A program made the position numbers and the translations under genes. Positions 20,759 to 31,173 of a DNA stretch of 64,000 nt are shown here, piece by piece; the first letter of the stretch is position 1; every line of letters begins with the position of its first letter. Origin of the DNA: Chloroflexota bacterium. GTDB taxonomy: Bacteria; Chloroflexota; UBA11872; VXOZ01. The DNA lies in contig JAAXIC010000014.1 of the NCBI GenBank assembly GCA_012270555.1, positions 1,200 to 65,199 of the forward strand, written 5' to 3'. The notes under the pieces were generated by a model, which was given only the letters and a program-made list of their open reading frames with translations, was not told the origin of the DNA and did no database searches.

Positions 20759-21403
20759 CTACGTGATGGACGTTTCTTCCGGCAGTAGAGCAATTTGGTC
20801 CGGCTGGGCGCGGCTGCGTTTCCACTGCTGGTACTCGGCAATTTCCTCGGCAATGCTGTCGATGTCTTCGAAGCGGCGATAGACCGAAGCGAAACGCACG
20901 TAGGCCACTTCATCGAGGACGCGCAGGCGCTGCATTACTCTATCGCCGATGACCGTGGACTCTACCTCGGGTTCGCCCACTGCAAGCAGGTCGCGTTCGA
21001 TGTCGTCAACGATGTTTCCGACCTGCTCCGAGCTGACGGGGCGTTTCCAGCACGCCGTGCTGATCTTGTCGCGCAGTTTCCCCCGGTTGAACTCCTCACG
21101 CCGGCCGTCCCGCTTTACTACCGTGAGCGGCACCGGGTCAACCCGCTCGGTGGTCGTGAACTCTCTGCCGCAGCGCAGGCACTCGCGGAACCGTCGCGAT
21201 CCGGCCTTGAGCAGTTGGTACGAAGCGACGCGAGACTCAATAGACTCGCAGTGAGGGCAGGCAAGGACTTCCAAGCGCTCATACGTGGTGTAGCGGTGAC
21301 CGCAATTGCCGCATTCGCGGCGGCGGCGAATGCTCATTTCTTCCGGTCGACTATCAACCACGCGGGTATCTTGCTTGGCGCACTGTGGGCAACGCATGCG
21401 CAT
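20759..21403 (-). CDS. nrdR: Transcriptional repressor NrdR with a duplicated zinc ribbon
   Basis: CPQC..VVDSR..IRRRRECGNC..YTTYER, then a second CPHC..CLRC..FTTTER, then the ATP cone VVKRDGRREEF and VAYVRFASVY. Confidence 0.93.
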   Translation of the reverse strand: MRMRCPQCAKQDTRVVDSRPEEMSIRRRRECGNCGHRYTTYERLEVLACPHCESIESRVASYQLLKAGSRRFRECLRCGREFTTTERVDPVPLTVVKRDGRREEFNRGKLRDKISTACWKRPVSSEQVGNIVDDIERDLLAVGEPEVESTVIGDRVMQRLRVLDEVAYVRFASVYRRFEDIDSIAEEIAEYQQWKRSRAQPDQIALLPEETSIT

Positions 21404-21494
21404 ACCTCCGTAGGCGTCTATCGATTCGTCAGAGCGAGCAGGCGCAACTGTGGCCGGCTACAACGTGCCTCGGTATTGGACATCCACCACTATA

Positions 21495-21542
21495 GCACAG
21501 TATGTAGTTTCCATAAAGCAAAGCCGGATCAAGATATTGTTA
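21495..21542. promoter_or_regulatory. Tandem putative NrdR boxes
   Basis: GCACAGTATGTAGTTT (21495-21510) and GATCAAGATATTGTTA (21527-21542) fit acaCwAtATaTwGtgt, 32 bp apart, upstream of nrdR. Confidence 0.6.
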
Positions 21543-22298
21543 GTGGAGCGCTGAGAGGATGTAATCGGGGTTCTCCGTCAATACCTCGCACGAAACGTCG
21601 ACGTTCGCTTGGGCATCGATAACGTACGTTCTACTCTCCCCGATCATCGCGCGTTGGAGGAGGCCGCGCTCGAGGAATACCGGCTCCATGTTGCCCAGGT
21701 GGCGCGTGATACCGCGATCAAAGCAATCGTAGCGGCGGGCGGTAACCGTGCGTCTACGGCCGTCCCTGTCTTCCACGATAGCGCCCTTGATCGTCGCGAA
21801 GCCCAAGTAAGCGGGGCGCACGATCTCCTCCGCGCAATGGAAGACGGAATTGCTGCCGAGCGACGCGCCAAAGAAGACAACCTTTCCGCCAAGTTCGTAC
21901 AGGCGGAAGTAGGGTGAATCCGGCCCGCAAGGGGTATCCCGATGCGCGGCGGTGAGGTAGGCCGCCTGCGACCCTATGGCCGCGGCGGAAGACACGGGGT
22001 GGCCGCTCCGAACAGCCTCTTTGCGCTGGCGCAGCGTCTCGGTAATGCGTCCCGAACTCGACGGTGCCTTGCCGACGGAAAACAGATGCGGCCAAGACTT
22101 GAGGACTGTGAAGGTCAAGGTAGGCACAAGTACGGTGCCGCTGTCTCCCACGGTCTCTAAGAGCGCGTCGATTACGGTGTCGGCGCCGCCCTCCACGTAG
22201 CCAAAGCTGCGCAAGGAGCTATGGACGAGCAGCAAGTCGCCGGACATGACGCCAAGATCGTGGAGTCCTGCGCGAATCTGATTCTTGTCAACGGACAT
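21540..22298 (-). CDS. AAC(3) family N-acetyltransferase (YokD-like)
   Basis: LLVHSSLRSFG.VEGG, GTVLVPT, RSGHP..S, FHCAE. Confidence 0.85.
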   Translation of the reverse strand: MSVDKNQIRAGLHDLGVMSGDLLLVHSSLRSFGYVEGGADTVIDALLETVGDSGTVLVPTLTFTVLKSWPHLFSVGKAPSSSGRITETLRQRKEAVRSGHPVSSAAAIGSQAAYLTAAHRDTPCGPDSPYFRLYELGGKVVFFGASLGSNSVFHCAEEIVRPAYLGFATIKGAIVEDRDGRRRTVTARRYDCFDRGITRHLGNMEPVFLERGLLQRAMIGESRTYVIDAQANVDVSCEVLTENPDYILSALH

Positions 22299-22635
22299 AT
22301 TCTATCCTCACTCTGCGGTCGTGCCGCGGAACAGTAGGTATGCGCCCAGGCAATGAGACACAGTTGGCAGCGATGCGTGTCAGGGAGCGGGAGGAGGCCT
22401 TAGTCACCTGCGTGGGGAGATAAGGTGTGTGGCGTAGCCCCTACACCGTCTGTGCGCTTGACGCTGTGCATGAAAGTCCTGCTACGCAGAAGCCAAGAGC
22501 CGGAGTTTGAGGACATCCCTGTGCTCTCAAGCATGCTCTGGTGCGGGAAATGTAATGTTTCTTACCGTAAACGTTAGACTCTTATACAATTCTTAAGGTT
22601 GTCTAGTGCCCTGGGACTATTGCCATAATACCCCA

Positions 22636-22644
22636 TGCTATAAT
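22636..22644 (+). promoter_or_regulatory. Putative extended -10 sigma70 promoter (TGcTATAAT) upstream of the FtsH-like gene
   Basis: Exact TGn-TATAAT in an AT-rich intergenic region. Confidence 0.45.
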
Positions 22645-22767
22645 GGGTAGCAGTTGACGGAGGGTTCTTTGGCGCGAATTGGGAGCGATGGCGTCTTGCG
22701 ATTTGCAGGGCATGGTACAGTATCAGTAATCTATCCTCCCCTTTAGTATGGAAGGCACGGTGAAGCT

Positions 22768-24585
22768 ATGATAGGCGGGGTCCTGGGGTTCATCGGTCGT
22801 CACTGGCGCGGCATTCTGCTTTGGGTGCTGGTTGCGATCGGCTTTTGGTGGTCTGTTGCCACGTTCGGCGCAGGAAACGTCCTGCAGATTCTGTTTCTCA
22901 TCTTTGCCACGCTGTTCCAGCTTGCCTTTGCGATTCTCTTCGTATTGATTCAGTTCGTGGCCCTCTTCTGGTTCCTCGGTCGCGGACGTGTGTACTGGAT
23001 CATGCCCGGTGGTGAAACGGGAATCTCCTTCAAGGACTACCGCGGCAACGAGCAAGTCTTGGAAGTATCAGCGCGGATCGTGACCCTGTTGCGCGGCGTG
23101 CGCGACTTCAAGCGCATGGGCGGTGAGGTTTCACGCGGCTTACTGCTCATCGGGCCGCCGGGCACCGGTAAGACGTATTTGGCGCAAGCCATTGCCACCG
23201 AGGCCGGCGTACCCTTTGCGTACGCATCCGCGCCCGGTTTCCAGAATATGTTCATGGGCGTCGGCAACCTGCGCATCATGATGCTTTACGGCAAGGCGCG
23301 GCGGCTCGCGCGGAAGTACGGCTCCGCTATCATTTTCATCGATGAGATCGATGCCGTCGGTACCGCCCGTACCTCGCAGATGGGCGGCGGCATGGGCATG
23401 ATGGGCGGCATGTTCGGCGGCGGCATGGGCATGCTCAATACCCTGCTCCTAGAGATGGACCCGCCTAACGTGGACACAAGCTGGAAGGCGCGCATTCTGC
23501 GCCGCCTCGGTCTCCGCAGAGGCAAGGCGATACAGCCGGTGGTGCTGACGATTGGCGCGACCAACATCGCTGAAGTGTTGGACCAAGCCCTGCTGCGCCC
23601 AGGACGTTTCGACCGCAAGATCACGATTGACGCGCCTGACTTCGACGGCCGCAAAGACGTCATCCAGTACTACATGGACAAAGTGCGGCACGATCCTGAC
23701 ATCGACATCGATAAGATTGCCGCTGACACCGTGGGCTATACGCCGGTGAGCATCAAATACCTCATCAACGAAGCCGCGGTCGTCGCGCACTTCGAGGGCC
23801 GCGACTATGTTTCGTACACAGACTTCAGTGAGGCGCGGGAGACGAATGAGTGGGGCTTGCGCCAGCCAATCCGCAGTATGAGCGAAAAGGAACGGCGGCG
23901 ACTGGCGTACCACGAGACCGGCCACGCCATCGCCATGGCCTTGCTGCAGCCTGAGAACGAGCTCTATAAGGTCACGATCATCCGCTATGGAAGCGCTTTG
24001 GGTCTGGCTGCCAGCACGCCACTCGAAGAGCGCTATACGCAGTCCCGCGAAGAGATACTCTCGGAAATCAAGGTTGCCCTGGCCAGTCGTGCCGCCGAGG
24101 AACTCTTCCTGGGCACCGGCCTTACCGGCGTTACCTCCGACTTGCAACAGGCGACGCGCCTGGCGATGGGGTACTTCGGCTTCTACGGCATGGGCAACAG
24201 CTTCTACTCGTATCTCGCCATGCCCAGCGGCTTGGGCGGCATTGATCCGGATACCAAGCGTCGTATCGAGGCATTGCTGGATGAGCAATATCGCGAGGTG
24301 AAGCAACTCCTGGCCGAGCATGCCGATGAAGTGCACATCATTTCAGAACGGTTGCTGGAGGAGTTAGAATTGCATGGCGAGGATGTCAAGGAAATCCTGG
24401 AGTCCCGCGGCGTGAAACGTGAGCCCGTGGGGGTCGCCGCTCTGACCGGCTACTCAAGCGGTCTGGCTTTGGGCCAGCAGAGTAACGGGCCGTCAGATTC
24501 GCCGGGGCCAAACGGCAATCCGGTCGATCCTCCTGATAATCAAGTGGAGTCAAGCGAGGAAACGGACGGGAAATCTGATTCCTAG
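22768..24585 (+). CDS. FtsH-like AAA+ zinc metalloprotease (peptidase M41)
   Basis: N-terminal TM segments, GPPGTGKT, IFIDEID, ALLRPGRFDR, HETGH zinc motif. Confidence 0.88.
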   Translation: MIGGVLGFIGRHWRGILLWVLVAIGFWWSVATFGAGNVLQILFLIFATLFQLAFAILFVLIQFVALFWFLGRGRVYWIMPGGETGISFKDYRGNEQVLEVSARIVTLLRGVRDFKRMGGEVSRGLLLIGPPGTGKTYLAQAIATEAGVPFAYASAPGFQNMFMGVGNLRIMMLYGKARRLARKYGSAIIFIDEIDAVGTARTSQMGGGMGMMGGMFGGGMGMLNTLLLEMDPPNVDTSWKARILRRLGLRRGKAIQPVVLTIGATNIAEVLDQALLRPGRFDRKITIDAPDFDGRKDVIQYYMDKVRHDPDIDIDKIAADTVGYTPVSIKYLINEAAVVAHFEGRDYVSYTDFSEARETNEWGLRQPIRSMSEKERRRLAYHETGHAIAMALLQPENELYKVTIIRYGSALGLAASTPLEERYTQSREEILSEIKVALASRAAEELFLGTGLTGVTSDLQQATRLAMGYFGFYGMGNSFYSYLAMPSGLGGIDPDTKRRIEALLDEQYREVKQLLAEHADEVHIISERLLEELELHGEDVKEILESRGVKREPVGVAALTGYSSGLALGQQSNGPSDSPGPNGNPVDPPDNQVESSEETDGKSDS

Positions 24586-24778
24586 TAGCAGAATTGGGAA
24601 AGGCTGATTTACGCTTGGCTCATGGCGATTGCGTCAAAGACGACGACTTCGTTGAAACGGCGCACTATCAGCGTGCTGCGCATAGCATGAGGATAGTGCG
24701 CTCTTTTTCTCCAATCGTCTCTACATATCTAGTGGAACAGCGTAGCAACGCTACGCGACGTAAACTGTGAGGATGTCC

Positions 24779-27682
24779 ATGCAGCGCAACACCGTAATTG
24801 GTGCCGTCTTTGTTACTATTGTCGTGCTCATCGGGCTGGTGCTCGTCGTACCGAATATACTTGCCGACTGGCTTTGGTACCAAAGCCTTAATCGCACCGA
24901 TGTCTTTTCCAGAATCATTACACTGCAAATAGGTCTCTTCGCCGCCGGCTTGGTCGTCTTTGGCGTCCTATATTTTGGCAACATGACCTTAGTGCGCAAG
25001 ATTGTGGCACGACAGGCGTATAACACCGGCGAGGACTTTCTCTCAAACTCAGCACAACGGACCGAGCATGTATCGCGGGTCATTTCCGGCATTGTCGGTG
25101 TGATTGCTTCCGTACTTTTTGGCCTGTTGGCCTCCGGACAGTGGAACACGGTACTCCGCGCCCAGAACCTCATCGAATTCGGCACCACGGACCCTCTTTT
25201 CGAAAGAGACCTCTCATTCTTCGTCTTCACGCTGCCGCTGCTGGAGTTCGTACAGGGCTGGCTGTTCCGGGCAGTTGTGTTGGTGCTGGTGGTAGCGGTA
25301 TTCGCGTACGGTTTCCGGCTCGTGCTACCGTACATGATCTCCCCGGAAGACGATGAGGGGGAAAGACGCGAAATCCCCAGAAGCCTCGTGGCGGGGGCTC
25401 CCATTCGCATTCACCTTTCCGTACTCGGTTTTCTGGTAATGCTGCTCGTGGGCTGGGCCCATTGGTTGAGCCTGCACACGCTAGAGTTCTCGACGCGGGG
25501 CGCGGCCTACGGCGCCAGTTACATTGATGCGAACATTATGCAACCCGTGCAGCAGGTGCTCATCGTGCTGGCGGTAGTGGCGGCGATTGGGCTCGTTGTT
25601 GGCGCTGTCTTCAATCTGCAGTGGGTGCCCGTTGGCGGTTTCGGTCTGTGGCTGCTTGTGCTGGTGGTTGGCGGATGGGCTTATCCCGGACTGGCGCACC
25701 GCCTGGAGGTGCAGCCGAATGAATTGGAGCGCGAGCGTCCCTATATCGAGAACAACATCGAGTTTACGAGGGAGGCGTACGGCCTCAACCGCATTGTCGA
25801 AAGGGAGCACCCAGGGGGAGACGCGGTTTCACAGGATGAGTTGGAGGACAACCCGCTCACGGTGCGCAACTTCCGCTTGTGGGACCCCGAACCGCTGCTC
25901 ATTACGTACAACCAGGTGCAGAGCATCCGCCTGTACTACGACATTCTCGATGCGGACGTGGACCGCTATTACGTGGATGGCGAATACCGTCAGGTGATGG
26001 TTGGGGCGCGGGAACTTTCACCGGAGAAATTGCCGAGTTCGGCGCAGACGTGGGTCAACCGCCGTCTGCAATTCACCCATGGCTACGGCGTGGTGATGAG
26101 CCCCGTAAACGAGGTCTCGCCGGAGGGATTGCCGTCGTTCTTCCTCAAGGACGTGCCGCCCACCGGAATCATGGATATTGAACGACCGGAAATCTACTAT
26201 GGCGAGAAGACGTTTGACTATGTGATCGTCAACGCACGTATTGCTGAAATCGACTACCCGCGCGGAGAGGATAACGCGCGTTCGTTCTACCAGTCCCGCA
26301 CCGGCGTGGGCGTAGGCACGTATCTGCGCAAGCTGCTCTACGCTTGGTATCTCAAAGACGTGAACATCCTGCTCTCTGACGAACTGACACCTGAGAGCCA
26401 AATCCTCTATCGCCGCCAGGTGCGTGAGCGCGTGGCAACGGTGGCGCCCTTCCTGGTCATTGACCAGGACCCGTACATCGTGGTGGCCGACGGCCAACTC
26501 TTCTGGATCGTTGACGCTTATACGTTTACCGACCGCTACCCGTACTCACAGCCGTTGGCCGGAGCTTTCAACTACATTCGCAACAGCGTCAAGGCCACCG
26601 TAAACGCCTACGACGGTACCGTGCGGCTGTATGCGGTGGAGGAAGATGAACCGATCTTGCAGGCGTACTCGCAAGCCTTCCCGGACCTCTTCCAGCCGCT
26701 GAGCGAGATGCCGCCGTCAATCCTGCAGCACATTCGCTATCCGGCGTTTCTCTTCCAGGTGCAGGTAGAGCTCTACTCGCTCTACCATATGCAGAAGGCG
26801 GACATCTTCTACAATCGCGAAGACGCCTTCTCGCGGCCGCGAGAACTCTACGGCGGTGTCCAGGTGCCCATGCGGCCCTACTACGTCATCATGCGGCTGC
26901 CTGATTTCCCGCGTGAAGAGTTCATCCTCATCATGCCCTACACGCCAATACAAAAGGACAACATGGTGGCGTGGTTGGCCGCTCGGTCGGACCCAGAGGG
27001 CTACGGGTCGCTCTTTGCCTTCAAGTTCCCGAAGGATAAGCTCGTCTTCGGACCGATGCAGATCGAAGCGCGCGCCGACCAAGACACCACGATTTCCCAG
27101 CAATTCACGCTTTGGGGGCAAGGCGGATCACGGGTGCTGCGCGGCAACCTGCTGGTCGTGCCCATCGGCCAATCGAATCTCTATGTTGAGCCGATCTACC
27201 TGCAGTCTGAGCAGGGCCAGTTGCCTGAACTCAAGCGCGTCATCATTGCCAATGGCTCAAACATCGTGATGGCGGAAAGCGTGTTGCAGGGTCTCCAGCA
27301 GTTGTTCGGAGAGGGGGTCAGTAGCATCTTCACGGGGACCACTGCGTCGACCGGAAGCGGCGGGACGCAGAGCGGCTCGTCGGGCACGACAACGGCCGTT
27401 ACGCCCACGCCTGCGCCTGTGATCTTGCCGACGCCAACCACGGCGCCGCAGCCGATGGCGCAGCCACAGGTGACGCCTCAGGCAGGGACAACGCCAACGC
27501 CAAGCCAACTCACGCCACCGGCGGCAACGACGCCCGGCCCCGTCAATTCTGTTCAGGAATTGCTCGACGCGCTCAAGCGGCAAAACGACTTGATACAGCA
27601 GCAGCTTGAGCTGAACCAGCAACTCTTGGATGAGCTACAAAACCAGATTACGGACGAGAATCAAGATGAGAGTGAGGAGTAA
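24779..27682 (+). CDS. UPF0182 family membrane protein
   Basis: DWLWY, DPLF.RDLSFFVF.LP, FTHGYG, NYIRNSVKA, GNLLVVP, YVEPIY; Pro/Thr-rich linker and Gln/Leu coiled-coil tail. Confidence 0.9.
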   Translation: MQRNTVIGAVFVTIVVLIGLVLVVPNILADWLWYQSLNRTDVFSRIITLQIGLFAAGLVVFGVLYFGNMTLVRKIVARQAYNTGEDFLSNSAQRTEHVSRVISGIVGVIASVLFGLLASGQWNTVLRAQNLIEFGTTDPLFERDLSFFVFTLPLLEFVQGWLFRAVVLVLVVAVFAYGFRLVLPYMISPEDDEGERREIPRSLVAGAPIRIHLSVLGFLVMLLVGWAHWLSLHTLEFSTRGAAYGASYIDANIMQPVQQVLIVLAVVAAIGLVVGAVFNLQWVPVGGFGLWLLVLVVGGWAYPGLAHRLEVQPNELERERPYIENNIEFTREAYGLNRIVEREHPGGDAVSQDELEDNPLTVRNFRLWDPEPLLITYNQVQSIRLYYDILDADVDRYYVDGEYRQVMVGARELSPEKLPSSAQTWVNRRLQFTHGYGVVMSPVNEVSPEGLPSFFLKDVPPTGIMDIERPEIYYGEKTFDYVIVNARIAEIDYPRGEDNARSFYQSRTGVGVGTYLRKLLYAWYLKDVNILLSDELTPESQILYRRQVRERVATVAPFLVIDQDPYIVVADGQLFWIVDAYTFTDRYPYSQPLAGAFNYIRNSVKATVNAYDGTVRLYAVEEDEPILQAYSQAFPDLFQPLSEMPPSILQHIRYPAFLFQVQVELYSLYHMQKADIFYNREDAFSRPRELYGGVQVPMRPYYVIMRLPDFPREEFILIMPYTPIQKDNMVAWLAARSDPEGYGSLFAFKFPKDKLVFGPMQIEARADQDTTISQQFTLWGQGGSRVLRGNLLVVPIGQSNLYVEPIYLQSEQGQLPELKRVIIANGSNIVMAESVLQGLQQLFGEGVSSIFTGTTASTGSGGTQSGSSGTTTAVTPTPAPVILPTPTTAPQPMAQPQVTPQAGTTPTPSQLTPPAATTPGPVNSVQELLDALKRQNDLIQQQLELNQQLLDELQNQITDENQDESEE

Positions 27683-27845
27683 CTCTTTTCGTCTTGGATA
27701 GGCACTGGGTTAAGTGCAAAGCGCACATAGGGCGGCTGCGACAGGTGGCGGTGCGCCTTTTGATTGGCATTGACGTGTGTCTGAGTCCCTTATAAGTTTC
27801 GCTTTAGCGAACAGCGCTCAGGTCGGTGACGAGATTGGATTCGCG

Positions 27846-28097
27846 GTGACCAAAGCACGCATATACGTGACATACAAGTCGACAGTCCTTGACCCGCAGG
27901 GCAATGCCATCCAAACCGCGCTCCACCATCTTGGATTTGCAGACGTAGAATCCGTGCGCATGGGCAAGTACCTGGAAGTCGAACTGCATACGGATGATAC
28001 GTCCCGGGCTCAGGAAGAAGTGGAGGCTATGTGCCAACAGTTGCTGGCCAACCCCGTGATCGAAAGCTACCGCTTCGACTTGGAGACGGTGCAGTGA
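27846..28097 (+). CDS. purS: Phosphoribosylformylglycinamidine synthase subunit PurS
   Basis: VLDPQG, VRMGK, LLANPVIE. Confidence 0.95.
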   Translation: MTKARIYVTYKSTVLDPQGNAIQTALHHLGFADVESVRMGKYLEVELHTDDTSRAQEEVEAMCQQLLANPVIESYRFDLETVQ

Positions 28098-28801
28098 GAA
28101 TCGGCATTGTCCAGTTTCCCGGTTCCAACTGTGATTATGACTGCCTCCACGTTATCCGTGCTGTGCTGCAGGTCCAAGCGGACCTGATCTGGCACGAGGA
28201 GACGCAGGTCACGGGCTACGATGCGCTTGTGCTGCCGGGGGGCTTCTCCTATGGCGACTACTTGCGGTCGGGGTCTATCGCTCGCTTTTCCCCCGTCATG
28301 CGCGCGGTAACGGAGTTTGCGGATGACGGTGGGCTCGTGCTCGGCATTTGCAACGGCTTTCAGATACTCACCGAGGCAGGACTCCTGCCGGGCGCGCTGC
28401 TCAGGAATAGCGCGCTCGAGTTCCGTTGCGGGTGGGTGCACCTGCGCGTGGAAAGCGTGAAGTCTCCATTCATGGCAACCTATGAAACCGGCCAAGTAGT
28501 GCGAATGCCAATCGCCCACGGCGACGGCAGCTACGTGGCTGACCCGGCTGTGCTCAACCGCATGCGTGACAACGGCCAGATAATTCTGCGCTACTGCGAT
28601 GCCGAAGGAGACGTGTCGGCGGCCGCAAATCCGAATGGGTCCATCGAAAACATCGCCGGGATCTGCAATGAAAACGGCAATGTGTTCGCCCTGATGCCGC
28701 ACCCCGAACGGTGCGCCGAGCCTGAATTGGGCAGCGTGGACGGCTTAGGCGTCTGGCAGGCGATGGTTCTGGCGCTCACGTCCGTGCCTTTGCGCGTGTG
28801 A
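28094..28801 (+). CDS. purQ: Phosphoribosylformylglycinamidine synthase subunit PurQ
   Basis: FPGSNC, PGGFSYGDYLR, GICNGFQIL, MPHPER. Confidence 0.96.
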   Translation: MRIGIVQFPGSNCDYDCLHVIRAVLQVQADLIWHEETQVTGYDALVLPGGFSYGDYLRSGSIARFSPVMRAVTEFADDGGLVLGICNGFQILTEAGLLPGALLRNSALEFRCGWVHLRVESVKSPFMATYETGQVVRMPIAHGDGSYVADPAVLNRMRDNGQIILRYCDAEGDVSAAANPNGSIENIAGICNENGNVFALMPHPERCAEPELGSVDGLGVWQAMVLALTSVPLRV

Positions 28802-28930
28802 GTTCGCTGCCCGCCATGCCCTCGATTCACTTTTGTGGATGTGCACGTCTCGTGCCTGTATCTTGGTAATCTTAGCCGCAATTACACTTGGGCGCTTTGC
28901 TGGTTTCGTAGTTACTCAGCGAGGGAAAGC

Positions 28931-31141
28931 GTGAGTCGAACAGACACTGCCGTATCAGATGCCGACTTGCGGGAAGTCTCGCTCACGCGCAGCGAATATG
29001 AGCGCATCTGCGCCCAACTTGGCCGCGCTCCCAACCGCGTTGAGCTTGGCATGTTCGGCGCCATGTGGAGTGAGCATTGCGGCTATAAGAACTCGCGGCC
29101 GCTGCTGAAACTGTTGCCTACCGACGGCAAGCACGTCCTCATTGGCGCGGGTGAGGAAAACGCCGGCGCCGTGGACATCGGCCACGGGCTCGCGGTGGTC
29201 TTCAAAGTCGAGAGCCACAACCACCCCAGTGCTGTCGAGCCGTTCCAGGGCGCGGCCACAGGCGTCGGTGGGATTGTGCGGGACATCTTTACCATGGGCG
29301 CGCGTCCCATTGCCTTGCTGAATTCTTTGCGTTTCGGCCCCCTGAGCGATGCGCGCAACCGCTACCTCTTCAATGGCGTCGTTGGGGGCATCAGCCACTA
29401 TGGGAACTGTGTCGGCATTCCGGACGTAGGCGGTGAAGTGAATTTCGCGTCGTGCTATGCCGGCAACCCGCTCGTCAATGCCATGTGCGTTGGCATCATT
29501 CCGCAGGAGAAGCTCATCCGCGCGCGGGCGCGCGGCGCCGGCAATACATTGATGCTCGTGGGCGCGGCAACCGGCCGGGACGGGATTCACGGCGCGTCTT
29601 TCGCGTCTTTGGACGATCCTGAGCTCTCACACCGCGGCGTGGTGCAGGTGGGCGATCCTTTCATGGAAAAACTGCTCATCGAAGCGTGTCTCGAACTCGG
29701 GGAAACCGACTATCTGGTGGGATTACAGGACCTCGGCGCGGCGGGATTGACGAGCTCCTCCGTGGAAGCGGCGCACAAGGGTGAAAGCGGCGTAGATATT
29801 GACGTGAGTCGCGTGCCGTGCCGCGAAGAGGGGATGATCCCCTATGAGATCATGCTCAGTGAGAGCCAGGAACGCATGCTCGCGATTGTGCGCCGGGGCG
29901 CGGAGGAGCACGTGGAAGCGATCTTCTCGCGCTGGGGGCTGCACTCCACCGTTATCGGTCGTGTCACAAGCGATGGCATAGTGCGTGTGCGTAATGGCGG
30001 GGAGGTGGTTGCGGAGATTCCGGCGCACTTGCTGGCAGATGCGCCCACATACGTGAGGGAAGGCACGCTGCCAACCTACTTACAGGAAACACACGCCTTC
30101 CAACAAGAATCCTTGCCCGAGCCACAGGACTACAATGACGTCTTTCTAAAGCTGCTCGCCAGCCCCAACATCGCGAGCAAAGAATGCGTCTTCCGGCAGT
30201 ATGACTACAGCGTTCAGGTCAACACGGTGCAGGGGCCCGGCGGCGATGCGGCGGTGCTCCGCGTCAAGGGAACACCGGCAGGACTTGCCGTCACGATTGA
30301 CGGCAACGGGCAGTACTGCTATCTCGATCCGTTTGGAGGCGGCGCCATTGCCGTGGCGGAAGCGGCGCGCAACCTGGCTTGTGTGGGCGCCGAACCGCTT
30401 GCCCTCACCAACTGTCTCAACTTCGGCAACCCGGAAAAGACCGACGTCTACTACCAGTTGGAGGGAGTGATACGCGGCATGGTGGCGGCGTGCGCAGCGC
30501 TGGACGTGCCGGTGGTGAGCGGCAACGTGAGCCTATACAACGAAACGCGCGGTCAACCTATCTATCCCACGCCGATGGTCGGCATGATTGGCAAGCTGGA
30601 GTCTCTCCAGCAAAGCACGACCCTGGCTTTCCAGCGGGAGGGAGACGTTATCGCCTTACTGGGTCCTCAGACCGACCATTGCGGCGGTAGCGAGTACGTG
30701 GCGCACATTCTCGGCAGAGTCACCGGTCAGGTGCCCTCCATCGATCTCGACATGGAAGTTCGTGTGCAAGCCGTCTGCCGACAGAGTATTCGTGACGGCC
30801 GGATTAGCAGCGCGCACGACTGCTCTCAAGGCGGTCTGGCCGTTGCGCTCGCTGAGAGCGCCATCGCGGGTGGCATCGGGTTTCAGGTGGATATCCCAGG
30901 CGCGGGACGCGCGGACGGTCTCTTGTTTGGCGAGGGGCAGTCACGCATTGTGGTCAGTCTGCCTGAAGAGAATCTAGCCGCAGTGCGCGCGTTAGCCGCA
31001 GATCATGGCGTGCCGCTTACGGTTATCGGGAGTGTCCAGGGTGATGCGGTCGTGCTGGGCGACACGGTGTCTGTGCCACTGGCATCTGCGCAACGGGCGT
31101 GGCAGAATGGAGTGGCGGAAGCACTGGCTGCGGCAGGGTGA
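28931..31141 (+). CDS. purL: Phosphoribosylformylglycinamidine synthase subunit PurL
   Basis: MWSEHC.YK, ESHNHPS, DLGAAG, SESQERM, SGNVSLYN. Confidence 0.97.
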   Translation: MSRTDTAVSDADLREVSLTRSEYERICAQLGRAPNRVELGMFGAMWSEHCGYKNSRPLLKLLPTDGKHVLIGAGEENAGAVDIGHGLAVVFKVESHNHPSAVEPFQGAATGVGGIVRDIFTMGARPIALLNSLRFGPLSDARNRYLFNGVVGGISHYGNCVGIPDVGGEVNFASCYAGNPLVNAMCVGIIPQEKLIRARARGAGNTLMLVGAATGRDGIHGASFASLDDPELSHRGVVQVGDPFMEKLLIEACLELGETDYLVGLQDLGAAGLTSSSVEAAHKGESGVDIDVSRVPCREEGMIPYEIMLSESQERMLAIVRRGAEEHVEAIFSRWGLHSTVIGRVTSDGIVRVRNGGEVVAEIPAHLLADAPTYVREGTLPTYLQETHAFQQESLPEPQDYNDVFLKLLASPNIASKECVFRQYDYSVQVNTVQGPGGDAAVLRVKGTPAGLAVTIDGNGQYCYLDPFGGGAIAVAEAARNLACVGAEPLALTNCLNFGNPEKTDVYYQLEGVIRGMVAACAALDVPVVSGNVSLYNETRGQPIYPTPMVGMIGKLESLQQSTTLAFQREGDVIALLGPQTDHCGGSEYVAHILGRVTGQVPSIDLDMEVRVQAVCRQSIRDGRISSAHDCSQGGLAVALAESAIAGGIGFQVDIPGAGRADGLLFGEGQSRIVVSLPEENLAAVRALAADHGVPLTVIGSVQGDAVVLGDTVSVPLASAQRAWQNGVAEALAAAG

Positions 31142-31173
31142 CAGGCACGCGGATTCTGAGGGGGCTGCGCGCT

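Noticed and set aside
24720-24735. NrdR box upstream of the UPF0182 gene
   Set aside because: Single partial match lacking the conserved C and with no tandem partner
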